Positions 25,678 through 39,958 are shown, numbered from the stretch's first letter. The stretch: DNA of 64,000 nucleotides from Phoronis australis (GCA_002633005.1 NMRA01000576.1:203607-267606); one strand, 5' to 3'. Numbers and translations are program-made. Notes: a model not told the origin generated them from the letters alone.

Positions 25678-26003
25678 TTGAACGTCATATTGCGCAAAGC
25701 TTCAACGGCTGCTATCGACACATTGTTATACCCGAAGGACGTTGAGGGCTTCACGATGCTTACAACTAAGAACCGTAAGCGGCCAAGAGAGCACGAATCG
25801 TGGTTCATGTCATCAAAGTTAACGCTAGAAGTTTGCTTACAATTTTGTCGACAGCGCCAGTATAATGTAGCTGCTATGCAGTATGGAAATAAATGCTCCT
25901 GCGGAGATAAAGTAAACCTTGAGGCAGTTTCCTCATGGATTCTACCGATTACAACACGCTGTGCAGTGGAAATCAGCTGGAGATCCGTGGGGATCTGGAC
26001 TAG
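25678..26003 (+). pseudogene. WSC-domain pseudo-exon with two frameshifts and stops
   Basis: Acceptor ttctgtaaattcag|TT; ERHIAQSFNGCYRH..., shift to LTLEVCLQFCRQRQYNVAAMQYGNKCSCGDKVNL, shift to MDSTDYNTLCSGNQLEIRGDLD*; no good donor. Confidence 0.8.
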
Positions 26004-26699
26004 TACTGATTATGACCGTTTTTGATAGATATTTTCCAAAGGCATGCTTTTGTTTTACTTTGATGTATTTGATATTTTGAATAGAATTATCTTTGGTCAT
26101 TAGTTTCGTGTCATCTTTACGCCAGTCACGGTTTACATATGTCCTTGAGTGCCAGTGTTGGAAATCCACGTTGGTCTAGAAGAAGAAGCGTTTTTACATA
26201 TTGCACTCTTTAATACTTTACAGGTCATTCAGGTGCATTTTGGATCACATCCATGTGATCAATGGAGTTAGATTGGAAATTGTTTGAAGCACCATGAATA
26301 TGAACCCTCTTGCTAATGAATAATGTAAGAACAAACCCATTGAAAGAATCAGAGCAGTGAACTTAATGACTCCAAAGTTAAACCAATTGACCCCAAAATT
26401 TGTGAGTGAACTCTTTTCAAGAATGGATACAATATGCACGATTTTGAAAGGCGTAGCTCAAAGATCACGTTTGCACTTCATGACTTTTGACCCGGAAACT
26501 CGGTTTCCTTGATCTGATTGAAATTGCAAGTAAATTTCGGATGAGATTCTATAGTTGTAAATAAGATTCGAAAAGTATCACAAAACCTGTAAATGAAGCA
26601 TTATAACGGAATGCAATCCTGGGCCCCTTTTTGTGTCATTCTGGTGCATTTTGGGTCATAAAAATATAATCAACAAAAATCCCTTGGCTACCGTATTAA

Positions 26700-27076
26700 A
26701 CAAAATGAATACGGTTGTTGTATAGGAATCGAAGAAACCGTAAGAGCAATCTGAAAAAGAACGAAGCGTAAGAATAAGAATGAGAACAATAAGACGAAGA
26801 ATGCGTAGAGCAGTAAAACAGCACTGCACGTGCACAGTGATAAGAAGATAAAGTGGGTAGAACAGCAAAACTCTGCACATACAAGCGCAGAGTGATAAGA
26901 AGATAAAATACGTAGAACACTAAAAGTCTGCTCTAGCACGCGCAGGGTAATAAGAAAATAAAATACGTAGAACAGTAAAACACTGCACGAGCACGCGCAG
27001 AGTAATAAGGAGAATAAGAATAAGAAGGTAAAATAAGTAGAACACCAAATCTTTGCTCAAGCTCGCGCAGAGTAGT
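26700..27076 (-). repeat. Tandem array of ~5 Helentron/HINE-like hairpin heads (~55-70 bp units)
   Basis: On -, repeated ttactctgcgcg...gcag.g....tgttctac...ttcttat units, homologous to 22212-22305. Confidence 0.75.
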
Positions 27077-29299
27077 AATCTCCCTTCTGCACGCCGACGG
27101 CATCTGGCATCCCCATTCCTACTGCGAGCGTATGTTAAGTCTCTGTCACCTAGTGCGGGTTAATTTTTAATCCCATACCCTTAATATTTCGGGCAGACTT
27201 ATTCTCGCCAAACGGTCGTGATCGTTTGCTTCGCATAGAGCCGGAATCAGGGATCAATGCGCGCATAATTCACGTGCTATGCTCTGTCATCTATAGTGAA
27301 GACAACTGAATTATTTCGTCATGTGCGTGTAAATGTCAATCCTGCACTGCATGGGCTTCACTTTCATGTATTGGTCAGTGTCCGATTTTTATGAATAGAA
27401 ATGGCAACTCATAGGAACGAACTTTCGGAAATGTTCTATACCGAGATAAGATTCTGAGACTGAAATCAAGGGAAATAGACTGCTCCGGGCCCGGTGTAAC
27501 ACATTTTAGAGTCCATCAGTGTCAAAAAAGGAAGATAACGCTATGTTTCGTTGTTTCAAATCGACTGCAGCAGCAACAGGAAGAAAAAACACAGAAGTTT
27601 TTTGTTTCCAATAACACAATAGGAAACACATTTTAGGGTCATATCGTACATTTTATTCCAGGTTTATTTCACCAACATAGTCTGTCAGTCAACGTGCCAG
27701 ATTGTCTCATGATCACAAGTGTTCTTAAAAGTCTGACTGAACTGTGGCAATTTTCTTAAACAGCTGCTAGCGGAGAAGTATACAATGATATTTCAATATT
27801 CTCCGGACTTCAAAAACTAACATACAAAACTTGGTGAAAAAGGAACTGGTCACTCAATCAGCCGCGATGCGTGACCCACATTTTCTGTAAATCCTTAAGT
27901 TCAAAATAAAATTTCAACGACAGCTTTGGGCTTTTTAACGGCAAAAAGGCAGTGAAATTACACAACTAAGCATTATATCTTCGTATTCCAATCACTTGTT
28001 TGGCAGCCAGTTCCTAAATTTACATAAGCTATGCTTGTGCTCTCACCCTGTTGGCGGCACTGTTTATCGAAGCGGTGTATATCAGCTACATGTATACTAT
28101 TGTGTATACATGTTATTTCCATAGAGACGCACATATCCATATCACCACCAGTATGGGTGGCATGTGCATTTTATAAAGCTATCGCTCCATTTGCAGCAGA
28201 TGAATATGTCACAATATCAACATCAGCTTTGGTCACGACGTCATTAACCTCACACATATCGACTCCTAACAGATAGAGAGGCACAACGGCACAAGCACAG
28301 TCATAATTAGATCAGAATGCCGATGTTACCAAAATGGGTCGTGTTTCATCGATTCCCTTGCACTGTTCAACCTTTCTGTGTTGACATGCATGAGGTTTAC
28401 CGGCTCAGTGACAGTATGTCCTTAGACTCTCTGGTTTGACACAGCGATTGTCGATGAAGTTGTCCAAGGAAGTCTGGACCAGTCAGGGATTTTAAGCCAG
28501 ATATTAATTCACGTTTTTTTCTAAAAAACAGACGTGAGATTAAACCATTATGACATTATTTTTTTGAATTGGCGTAAAAAGTGTGAATCGGTGTGAAAAC
28601 GTGTGAGTTAACAGACTGCGTATACATGTATGATTCACGAGCGATCTCAGTTAAAAGGCTCTGGGCACGGTTGTATAGAACCAAACCATGAATCTATAGG
28701 GACTGCACCTTTTAAACCGTTTTCTGCAACCTGATGTAAATAATCACCGTTTTGTTTCAAAGTGGAATAGTTATTATTATATACACACGAAAAATGAAGT
28801 ATCTGAGTGACTAAAAAGATGCCTTCATGTTCAATGCAATGTCCTGTGGTAGAGGATATTTTTCTGCGTACATTTCTGTTATTGTAATAACAAATAAACA
28901 TATAGAAACGATAGAATTTTACAACCTGTCCAGCCTCCAGCCGTTGACTAGATAACTGAAATGTACTTGTATGTATTCATAGTTGTGAATTCTAGACTAG
29001 GCCTTAGAAGGAAGTCAAAAAGAAAGTGAAGGCTTGAAAATCCGTTTGAATGTTTCTTTTGGATAAGAATAAACATCACTGAAATCCTTCAACGAGTGAT
29101 GTTTACACCCCCGCACACACGGACACGCACACACCTGTGACATAATTGGACACGCAAACTTCAGGTTCTACAAGTTGTTTTCTTTTACAGACATCTTTTA
29201 ATTAAGTATTACATACATGTGTAACGCGTCTGGGTTACGGCACTGGGGATGTATATTTTGCGAAACCGTTAGCTTAAGATCGATAACTCATGGAAATGC

Positions 29300-29503
29300 C
29301 TGGAAGAGAATAGAGAAGATGGATTGCTTTATATATTAGTATTATTTATGGCTACAATCATTCACTGAATTGCAATCCGCAACTGTGACCACATATCTTG
29401 TAGGCTTTGGGACAATTCTTCGCAGTGTAAGTGTTGGTGACCTGCATGGCTATATTTCCCTTTAACAGCCCAAAAGTGACGGCTTGCATTGTTGTCCTTC
29501 AAA
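29300..29503 (-). other. Candidate next or terminal exon of WSC gene B (stop immediately after the acceptor in phase 1)
   Basis: Strong acceptor tttccttttcattttgcag|TT TGA; same frame continues ~47 open codons (GLLKGNIAM...KNCPKAYKICGHSCG); 3' extent not defined. Confidence 0.3.
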
Positions 29504-30607
29504 CTGCAAAATGAAAAGGAAATTGGCGGCCTCTTACTTGACAACTTCAATTTAACGTGTAAAATACACGCTGCACGTGCTAGATTATATTAACTGAGTG
29601 GCTACCACAGAGTGAAATTGGGCCTAGGGACAATTCACTGATGGGTAGCTTGGGGCTGCCTCAAATAACTGTAGCTGAGACCTTTCGGTGTGCACAAAAC
29701 AAATAAAAATTCGATAAACTAAAAATCAGCTATGATTTTGTTGATGCAAGCAGCTAACCTCGTGCGCCATTGAGGGTATTTCAAAATCACTTTTTATAAC
29801 ACGGGCCAGAAGATCAATTACTTGGTGGCTGGAGAAATCGTGAGACACAGAGTTTGTCCCAAAACGTAGACATGTCAACGATTGGAGCTCAAATACAGAT
29901 AGCTTGGATTACACAGATTCTGCGCAGGCCTACTGCATACACTGTATCATTGTTATTTTTAACGAGGGTGCATCAGTGAGGACGCGTTCTGTCTGTGTAG
30001 TATGTCCGGAAATGGTAATAATACACAAAGAGATTGGCCACTTGAATGTCACAAATGGTCCCCTTCGTGGAAAGGGCCGCAAAATATGAAAAGATACGAA
30101 TTTTCAGAGGTCAGGAAATGCATATTAATTGATGTTAAGTGATTGATAATTTCGAGAACAAAACTCAAAAACAGAGCGACAGTTGTCTCTGTTATCCCTT
30201 GCAGAGAAGAGCTGAATAAATGTATTTTTGCAGTACCAAAATGGTCTTACTCAATTTAACATTTTCTCGATTTTTGAATACATTTGTCGATTATTAAGTG
30301 CCCGTTTTCAGGTACGTTTAGACTACCCATGCTGCAAAAATTGGGACCCTAACAAAGGGTAAACGATACCCTGAAACTAAGTTGTCAAGTGTTCTCTTGA
30401 ATTTTCTGTATGATCCCAATTCGCAGTTTTTTTTTCTGCTCTCCGTGACCTCAAGATTATGTGTGTTGGCACGCCTTAGGCCTATCTCTAACGCCTGCAT
30501 TTTTTTTGGGAGGGAAACGTACTCCTTCCAGCCCTCAGCTTCCTACCGCCGTGATTTGATGTTTATTCCATCTAATTATAACAATAAGTGCATGTAAGCG
30601 TTGTTAC

Positions 30608-30925
30608 CTTGCATGATGTACATGTGGTATTCTCCTCCACAAACAAGTTTGCTGTTGCCACCACAAGGTGTAGAACACAACTCCGTGTCCACAAGGTTAG
30701 AAGTCTTGATAGACACCATGTTTCCACACCAACAATTAATTCCTTTCTCCAAGCCCATGATTGGCATCATTTTATTTCGACACCAAGACTTACAGGCGTT
30801 AGGTGTCAAGTCTTCTTTAGAAAAGCCTAATGTCGTTTCTGCACCACGCCTGAGTAAAGGGATCGGCATGGTAATGGTGCCTTTGCTGTAACATCCTTCA
30901 ACCACAAGTCTATTAATGTCTTTCG
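30608..30925 (-). CDS. WSC-domain exon 3 (gene B), 106 codons, phase 1-1
   Basis: Acceptor attgtttcag|CG, donor AAG|gtaaca; LVVEGCYSKG...LTPNACKSWCRNKMMPIMGLEKGINCWCGN...CSTPCGGNSKLVCGG. Confidence 0.9.
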
Positions 30926-32171
30926 CTGAAACAATGCATCGGAGGATATTGAAATATGATGAATTTATTTAATGAACTGGGTGTTACCCAATTAATAGAT
31001 TCCACCTAGGTTCTTCAATAATGATTTTCAGTTTCCGAAGAGATGAAGTATTTAAACAAGCAAGGTAACCGAGGGTAAAATCAGCATTATTTTTACACCG
31101 CGTATATCATGGAAGTTGGAGTCTTCATGGTGTTAGTTGGTCGCCAATTTAGTTACAATTTTGTCATTCTGATGCCAAATATTAACAAATAAATGAACAG
31201 CAGTTATGGAAATAAAACATTGCTTAGAGTAAAACAAACTTCACTTGGTTGCATTGATGTTGTCGTGAGCAAGGTCAACGCGTTGGGTCTGCAGTATCTG
31301 TTTGTAGTTTACAAGCTAAATCTTTCCGCTTTCTCGGGGACAGTAATGTTACAATTGATTTGGCAATATCTTTTTGGTTAGTTGTACGCACTTGTAAGTA
31401 CATCCCAGATGGATTCCGTGGCTACGTACCATTGGACTTAAAATATGTTTTTTCCGCCATAGTGTTGACATTTATTTTCCCTGATCTGCGCACTCTGAAA
31501 CTGTTGATAGTCAGTTTGTATATGTGATGAGGTTTTCTTGATTAAGTATACGTTTTTATCGGCATTTGGTTTTTGTGCTGCATAATTATAAAATGTAATT
31601 TCATAGTCTCTGATCCTTCTTGTTTTAGAAAATACATACATTTTTGGTTGAGAGAGTTTAGGTTTTTTGATAGTTGACTTTGAATAAACGTTCTTCAGCA
31701 ACGTTCAACTACTAATAATCTTGATACTCTCGTGTTTTTCAAGAGTTATTGGCGTATAAGGGTCGACAATGTCACAATGTTTTTCTTTCGGCCTTGCCTA
31801 TTAGATTTTTTGTCGTCGTATCAAGACTCAAAGGCAATTTGGTGTGACCAAGTGAAAAAATCCTTCTAAAGATATGTTCAATACTCTTCACGCAAAGTTC
31901 CATGCCTACCTCAGTAAAACATTTTAGGAGACCAATTTTTCGTAACTAAACTACGTGGTTTACTGCAGTGAGTTATGGTGAATGTGGTGGAAACGAAAAC
32001 GAATTGCGGTTTCATTATCTTGCTGCGGTATCCTAGAGGTTTATATTCCATGGTTTCATCAGTTACTACCCACACCTAACAAGTATGAACAAAAAGCTTA
32101 AGACCTAAACTTTGTGATGGCGCATTGAAAAAATCTAAAACAAACGTTAAATTGCGTAAACATATACATAC

Positions 32172-32456
32172 CCGAACGCTGGGAGTGCATGAAGTAACCG
32201 GATACTTTTCCTTTGCATATCTTACTGTACTTCCCACGGCAAACTGTCCTGCATTCCCCATCAGAAACTTTTGACTCTCCAAAGAAATCATCTGCGCACC
32301 AGCACTCCCGTCCTCTTACTACAGCAGAAAATTTCATGGCTAGTGCTCCACACAATGAGCGACAGAATGATTTGTTGTTATTCTTTCCCTCATACATTTT
32401 TTTCGCCACTCCATTCTGCGCAAGTTTCCAACACTTGTTCATATCGTTTACATGTT
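32172..32456 (-). CDS. WSC-domain exon 2 (gene B), 95 codons, phase 1-1
   Basis: Acceptor atcttttcag|AA, donor CGG|gtatgt; HVNDMNKCW...FCRSLCGALAMKFSAVVRGRECWCADDFFG...ECRTVCRG...MHSQRSG; clear paralog of 6485-6772. Confidence 0.88.
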
Positions 32457-35289
32457 CTGAAAAGATATAGCAAAAAGGTAATAAAGACAAGTTGGACAAT
32501 TTTAAGTAGACCGGGTGGTCCATGAACCAGAAGAGCACATCAATCATTTAAGCTACCTTTTTGACATTTCCATTGTGTCCTTATCATCAATGTAGTTGTT
32601 CGTACCAAGAGGCCGTGCTTGCGACGTGTGTTAAATTTTCAGAATAAAGCGAATAGCCTTCGACCAAAGTTTGCCAAACATAGAAGACAGTATTTATAAT
32701 CAGAACAATAGTAGGTTTAACGCAAATTTCTGCACGACGTCGCTTTTGCTTGCGATGAATGGACGAGAAAAAGTTTTTTTTTTGAAATTTCAACTTCTGT
32801 AAGTGCTTGCGTCAGCACCTGTTAAGATTTAACCCAAACTCAAATAGAGATCTGTAAGAATAGGGTCTTACATATGGTTAATCATTTGTTTAACTTAGGC
32901 ATCATTGTTCTGTTGCCGTGTCTTCCATCAAAAGTATTGCAAACGCTAACGCGTGCCGCAAACGAATGCACACAGCGGGAAGTTACAAACTCGGCACAAA
33001 ACTGGCAAGTAATAAACACCCTTGAATATTCCGCTCCTCTCTGACATTGGCTTGTTGACATTTCGCACATCAACTTAAACTAGATAAACATAAAATTCCC
33101 AGCTCATTCAAGCTGTCTCAAATTGTGCAAGCTCTCGTGTTTGAGAACAAATGGACATAGAAATTGACTATCTGATGAAAATATTCTGTCTGACATTGTT
33201 CACAATAGCAAATTTACAAAACATTTCTTTATTACATGTATGTTGAGTTATCTTAAAGGAACATATTCACGCAAACAGAATGCTGAAAAAATATGTGACT
33301 CAAATTTTAGCTCCACCTAGAATTTAAGACAATCATCGAGTGGCAAAGAGGGAGTCCTTGTAGCTCGAAGTGTGCAGTCTAGGCGGGGTTTTTGAATGCA
33401 ATCAAAGGGAGATACGTTAGATACGATTGCCAAGGAACATAGACATGTATCAGCGTCTACACCGAGAGTTTTACAGAATTACCTAAGTATTTCGATTCAT
33501 TTCATTCAAAGATGTTGTTAACCCGTGAATTTAGTTGGAAAAGCTGATATTGCTGTAGGTATTACATTTATGCAACAACTATAAAATCAGAAGGAAATGG
33601 ACGAACGTTGTTAGAATCAAACCGGCGTTATAATTAAATGTGATATTACTTACACGTATTGGTAAAGCAGTAAATGATTTGGAGCACGATGCTGTTCTTC
33701 TGGCTATACATTGCTCAAGGCTGTGGTACTAACTACAAATTCGCATGTTTTTGTAAATTTGTCAGGTTGCAACTTATATATTGGGCGCGTGCCCTACACC
33801 ATACAGAGGGAAGTGCACGACTGAACGTGTTGGCATTTTGCAATTGTTATGAATGTTTCATGTTTGATCTCTATTATATTAGACATTGCTCATAGTTTCA
33901 TATCTTAATAACTTAATTTTCCAACGTAATTTGATGCGTTACTGGACATTATATGCGATTAATGTGAGTCCTCGGGTGGTGGGGTGACCTTTTAAGAAAC
34001 TGTGATTGACACAGTGGTCCAGTTTTTATTTATTTTCCTTTTTTCCATACCAAAAACAAAAACAGGAAAAGTAGTCTAGTGGGAATAAACTTTTTGTGTT
34101 ATTTGAATATTGTATGATGCACTAACCCACGCAGTGACTATGAATGATCAGTGAGTCAATATTAGTGGCTTATTGTTCAAGCGAATTGAGTATGCCATGC
34201 TGCGATGGAGTCCCCCGGTCATATAAACATCACTGTGAACACATGTAGACCGACGCATTTTTTCCACTTATATTCAGGCCACTAAATGGTCTAAGTCTTT
34301 ACTCACCACGGTTAAGTCTTTCATGGGGCATGATTTGGAGTGATGAATTGGTCTACATAACTGTAACACCATATGAGATACAGCAGTTCGTTTGAGCGAC
34401 AAATACGAGAAATTAAGGACTTTTTTCAAAACTCAGTGTATTAGATGCCAAAACAAGGGCTTACTGCACACTCAGATCTAGATGTTGTCTTTATTAGTTT
34501 GGCACAGCATCACGCTATGTTACCACAGCCACATGTGCCAAAGTCCTGAGGAAATAGTGAGGTAAGCGTGAGAGAAGCGTGGGAAAAGCGTGAGGAAAGC
34601 GTGAGGAAGGCGTTAATGAAACCGGAGTTAAGTGTGAGTACTGCCAAGAGAGTAGGGGTGATAAGACCTTGGCTGATTTCTCTCACGCTTGCGTTCCGGT
34701 TACGCTCCGATCTGGCCACGCGTGAAGCAGGTAGGGCAAAGTCTAATGATTAAGTGGCTGTACTGTACTTCCGTCGGAAGAATTCCAAAGGTGAATTTAA
34801 CTGTTATTTGGTTATGGCCAAAATTGTGTTGGAACTTTACGACCAGTTACGGTACCTACACTAGAAATGACAGCCACTGTAATAGCTGTTATAGCAGTTT
34901 TAATCTAGTGAAAGCACTAGAGTTTCGTAAAATTAGAACTTTTCTGAACATATAGTCAGATTACACTTGGTTACAGCCAGATCGACGCCAAACGGTTCAG
35001 GGTGTTTTTTTGCCAGCCATGTCCTGCAATTTCGGCATCACAGCGATCCTTTGCACTGGATACACGTTAGCTAAGCCAAAATGCCGACAGATTTGGACTC
35101 AAAGGGTCGTTCTGAATGGTTTTCATGCCCTTCCCTCGCATGATTTTGAAATTTCAGAGGTACATCTCTCTGCCGCGACCATGAAGTTATACGAGTGAAA
35201 CCACTAGCGACTCAGGACGCACAGTTCCTGCAGTTTCTTGAATCTGATCGATGTGAAGGGTTTCCTGATTGTAAAGACCCAAAATAGCA

Positions 35290-36010
35290 ATAGCCAATGG
35301 TAGACAGTTAAAGAGATCTAGCCCACTACTTCCGCTGGACCCATTTCTACATGCAGTTGACGTGCCTGCGTAAGTGGTCGAATTAAACATGCTAAAATGT
35401 CACGTGAGTTTTAAGCACCCTGTTATTTTGCCACGGAAGCATCATATTACCTAATTGCTTATTATACATCATCATGAAGTTCAGCGCCAAGGTCATTGTT
35501 TAACTACTAATGGAATACAATCCGTCGGCTACTGGGTTATTGACTGTGGTCCTGCTGTTTCACACTTTATACAGAATTGCATTGCTTGGAGGAAGCTCGG
35601 GTCTCCCACTTCGGTACAGAAGCTGGCTGATTTGCTCGAGGACAGATTTGAGCCCTCGCCACCTTTTTACATGTTGTGGAGTTGGTTAATTTGGTTCTTA
35701 GTAAGTTAAGAATGGTGGTAACTCAGTTTAACGTTGGACACATGTTTTCTGATGGATGTCGTCAAACGCTATCCATAGTGAGCCCTGAAATGATGTTACA
35801 ACCGATTGATTCATCAATGCATTTACATGTAGATGTTTTTCGGCGTTGAGAGCTCCACTTCGATTTTGCGTTCCCACCAAAGAACCAATTTTGTTGGCGC
35901 TGTAGATGAGCTTAAGACTGCAATTAACGAACTAGGTATCGATCAGACCAAGCACTTTCTAATGAAGAAATGTTGTGATTTCACTCTTTTTAAGATGAAC
36001 GTTTTTGGGA
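35290..36010 (+). mobile_element. BEL/Pao LTR-retrotransposon integrase fragment (degenerate)
   Basis: SSPLLPLDPF, KHPVILPRKHHIT.LLIIHHHE...GYWVI...CIAWRK...QKLADLLEDRFEPSPPF, FINAF, LRSHQRTNFVGA. Confidence 0.85.
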
Positions 36011-36659
36011 TGCTTGGAATAATTTGAAATTCAAGTATTTAGTTATCCTTATTCTTGATGTAATGGAACCACGGAAATGTTAATTCTGCAATTGTCATAA
36101 ATTTAATATCCGTCAGCCAAAAGAGATGAATTTTCCTTGTTTCAGTAGAACTTGACATTTGAATTCTCAATTCACCTTGACTTTGACCTCGCATCCATAA
36201 AGTAATATCATAAATGGACTCTCCTTCCCCAAAACATTGGAAACCAAAGATTGCAGGATCCTAAGAGTTATCATAATCACAGTCTAAAAATTAGGCGAAA
36301 ATCAAGATGGCGTAAGTTACTCTTGTTCTCCTAATCGAAATTTCGAAAAAAAATTTACATTAAAAAACATTGCAGGGTTAAATATTTGTTAACTAGATAA
36401 AGGCTAGCCGAGCTCACGGCCCGACTCGTTGTTCCTGCAAGTTAGTTATTGTTCTATGTTCAGATCAAGTCGAAGTTCTTGTTACAGGGTCGAGGGGGTT
36501 GTGGTGGCCGTGGTTCTACTGAGGGGCGTGGAGTGTGGAGTCGAGGGAGCTTTAGAACAATCTCATTGAAAGAATTCAGACTTTTTCTCCAATTCTAAGT
36601 TAAAATATCAGAAAAAATTATCAGGTTTTGTTTGAACTTGGAAGCGCTTTAGAAATTGA

Positions 36660-36960
36660 TTATCTTGCAAGAGTGTTTGCCATTGCAAACCACAGAGTGG
36701 CAGTAAAGCTGGCTGTCACGTAAATGTGTTAAATAAAGACATATTGTGCACTTTATGCTTATGGGATTGTGTTTGGGACGAATATAACTTGTTGTTAGTT
36801 TGCGAAGCTTTTACCGAAATCAGAGTTAAGTTTCTTAGTGAGAGCTTCTGGACAAATCCAACTTTATTTAAGCTGCTATTTAATCCGGATGCCTCAGTTG
36901 TAAAATGTGTATACTATGCATCTAAAAACGGAATAGCCTATGAAGTTCTGATTGCGTGAA
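36660..36960 (+). mobile_element. LINE 3'-end fragment (C-terminal zinc-knuckle region)
   Basis: ANHRVAV...LCTLCLWDCVWDEYNLLLVCEAFTEIRVKFL...WTNPT, homologous to 53440-53865. Confidence 0.65.
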
Positions 36961-37049
36961 TACCACCGAAATGGTCTTGCTTGGTTGTATTTTGGGTCGA
37001 CGGCAATGTTTACAAATAAAGAAGAAGAAGTAGAAATAAAACAGCTTAC

Positions 37050-37361
37050 CTTGTACATAAGCTGTAAGCATGATGTAGTTTCTTAGTTTCCTACCACAAA
37101 ATGGAAACTCGTCGCCTGGACACTTCATTTCACATTCCTTTAATTCAACTAGCCCGTATTTTCCGTAAATATCACCACACCAACACTGGTTTCCATTTTG
37201 AAGAGCAGCATATCGGTACCACAGAAGTTCACAATTAAGCTTGCATAACGAAGGTGAATTTCTTTCGCCCAAGTCAATGAACGTTTTCATGTCTGGCCTT
37301 TCCAGGTTGTCGACGAAACATCCTGGTAATTTTGGTAATTCGTCCGGAAATGTTGATACTG
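37050..37361 (-). CDS. WSC-domain exon 1 (gene B), 104 codons, phase 1-1, canonical WSC
   Basis: Acceptor tattgtttcag|CA (NAGNAG), donor AAG|gtaagc; LPGCFVDNLERPDM...NSPSLCKLNC...YRYAALQNGNQCWCGDIYGKYG...ECEMKCPGD...CG. Confidence 0.92.
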
Positions 37362-37729
37362 CTGAAACAATAGTTTCCATTTTACATTGTCCACGTTTAA
37401 CGCCAGGAATACGTAAGCCTGTTGCTGATTTGTTACCGTTAGTAATAAATTATGCAAATTTAGTTAGGCTTTCATGTGACAGGGAATGCACCACGCAGAA
37501 ATTAACAATTGTCAACCAATTTTAGTTGATTATGCAAAGAAAAAGCAAAACTCAGTACCCAGGCCATCTAGAGGAAGTACAAAGGTCATTCTATACTTAA
37601 ATTCGATTAAAAACGTTTATTTAAAATTGCTTTTAGACTCAACACTAAAGAAATCTACCAGAACAGTGTGCATAGCTGGGAGTCTAACTCTCCCCAATCT
37701 AGCGAGATAGCTGAACAATAGCATCAAAT

Positions 37730-37850
37730 TACACACACGCACGCACACAAACAGCTTCCGGACATTCAGAAAAACAAGCAGAGACATATTCACACAGACA
37801 CGCACGGGCACGCACGGACACAAACGCACACTCACAAACATACAGACGAT
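37730..37850. repeat. Degenerate (CA/CACG)n microsatellite
   Basis: acacacacgcacgcacaca...cacacagacacgcacgggcacgcacggacaca. Confidence 0.8.
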
Positions 37851-39958
37851 CCCACAGAGTACTACCAATTGGCAAAAACATGAAGAGACAGAAAAAAGGC
37901 AGTAGGAAGAAATCATGGACGGCAGAGAATAGTCAATGAGCCAGGTTGGCAACGTTATAAGTCTTTCATGTGAAGGGGAATGCGCCATGCAGAAATTAAC
38001 AAGGTGTCCTACATTGATTCCAGATTTCAGAACATGTTTCTTCCATCGAATGATGCTTGTTTCTTTACACATGAAGTTGAATGGATCCAGCGCCTGGGTG
38101 ATCATGACTGGATGCACATGAGTGGCACCCTAGCGGCATCCGGGGCAGTAGGTTAAAATTATTAAAAGGGGTGACAATGCATAATACCAATACTGTTTTT
38201 AGGCAAAAACTCGAAGCAAACACAATTGTGTAACTGAGGGTCTTTTATTATAATTGTCAATCAGATAGTCAGATTGACTGAAATGTTGCCGAATATAAAG
38301 ACTTGGAACAGTTGCTTAATAAGGAGTGTAGCAGTTCATTGTACTAAGCCAATAAGCTTCACTGTATCTTGCATTGTTGACACGGACAAAAAGCAAAGGA
38401 CGCGTTGTTTTACGTTGAAAATAGGCAAGTGATGGATCCAGAGAGATTGTCTCCACAATACCGATGGTTCTGAGAAATGTTAAAATTGACGTAGATCTTG
38501 CAGGCATCAAGGCTCTGCCGTGGTAGTGACCATTTGTAAAACATTGAGCAACCACTTGCAATTGCAGTGAACTGTTTTGAAGCCCATGACCTGGGAAAGA
38601 AGCCGATTATACCAAATTTGGCAGGAATGCATGAAGCCTGCCCAAGGAAGCAAAAAGACACATGTTCAGAAAGTCATTGTTCCAATGAAGATGTTTAGTT
38701 TTGGCATATGTTTCTTGGTGGAAAAATAAAATTGCATGCTTTGAGTGGAGTTCTATATGGTGAGTCGTATGAATCCTGACAGATGGAGCACACTGTGATG
38801 GGTTCCCTGGGTAAGGTTTCAAAAACTTGCAAGTTGTTGGCATCAAATTTATCAACGGGTGGCAACGGGCAATCCAAGATCACAATTGGTCACAATTTCA
38901 AAATCCTATTAGTATTCATGAAAATTTTTGTTCTCAATTATGTGTTGTAAAAATTTACATCACGACTGCACTGCTCTATAACTTATCAATCTTGGCGATT
39001 TTGCTGTTAAAAGTCATACCATGTAACTGCACTAACACATAAACTGAGCCTCCTGTATTGTTCTATGTTTTTGTAAATTATTCTTTTGTTAGTGTGATCT
39101 TGTTTATTACTGCACTATCATGTTCCTGGCTTTTGTTTTCTTTAATATTGGTGTTTTTGTTCGATATGATGTTTTGCTTAAAGGCGAATGCAACATTTGT
39201 TTCATGTCATATTTGGCAAAAACCACGTTTTGTTCATTATTCCAGACATATGTTTCAGTTAAGAACGGATTCCTGCCATTTTATGAATTATTCGCGCCTT
39301 ACATCTGAAGTGACGTTTACAGTTAAGAATCTCAATCCATTTTTTGTTACTGCGAGGACGTGCTCCATTGTTGTTTCTGCGGGGATTTTCTAAAATTGTC
39401 GTTACCACCTAACGGAACCTATTGAAAGGGATGAGGCAGAGACTGAGGACAGACGTGGTAGGACGTCTGGTGGCAAATGTACAGTTTGAACTTTGTTGCT
39501 GACCTTAATGGAATACCTACATGTATACTGTTCCAAATGAATGGTGACCTGAACAACAAAACACTTACATCCCGCTGTGTGACTCCCTTTGCCACATACC
39601 TGGCCCATTCTAAAAAGCCCTAATACTTAAGCCAAGTCCACAAACAAATTAATGTGGTAGGTTAAAAGCTGTTTAGTTGTTGTTAATACGTGCAGTGTAT
39701 GCAAGTATGTCGAATGTTAATCAACTTACCTGTGAACCCTATTTCTTTTTATTTCATTCGGATTAATCGTCTTTAAAAAGTGCTCCCACTTCCCCACAGA
39801 ACAAAACAATTCTCAACTTCCGCTATCTTTGGAAATGCGTCACACGAGGGAGGTGACCTGTCCATTTTGACTTTCTAAAACAGCTCTAAGGTGGGGTCGT
39901 TATTATTAAAATAATATAATTGGCCTATTTACACCGACCTCTTGTCTATTTACATTGT

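Noticed and set aside
28040-28480. Ankyrin-like fragments on - (ADVDIVTY...NGA)
   Set aside because: Too degenerate to support
34500-34740. ORFs over the 11-bp GCGTGAGGAAA repeats
   Set aside because: Products of a repeat-rich MITE interior, not credible proteins
39730-39815. Possible extra gene B exon with a strong donor CAG|gtaagt
   Set aside because: The phase-1 frame has a stop and there is no convincing acceptor
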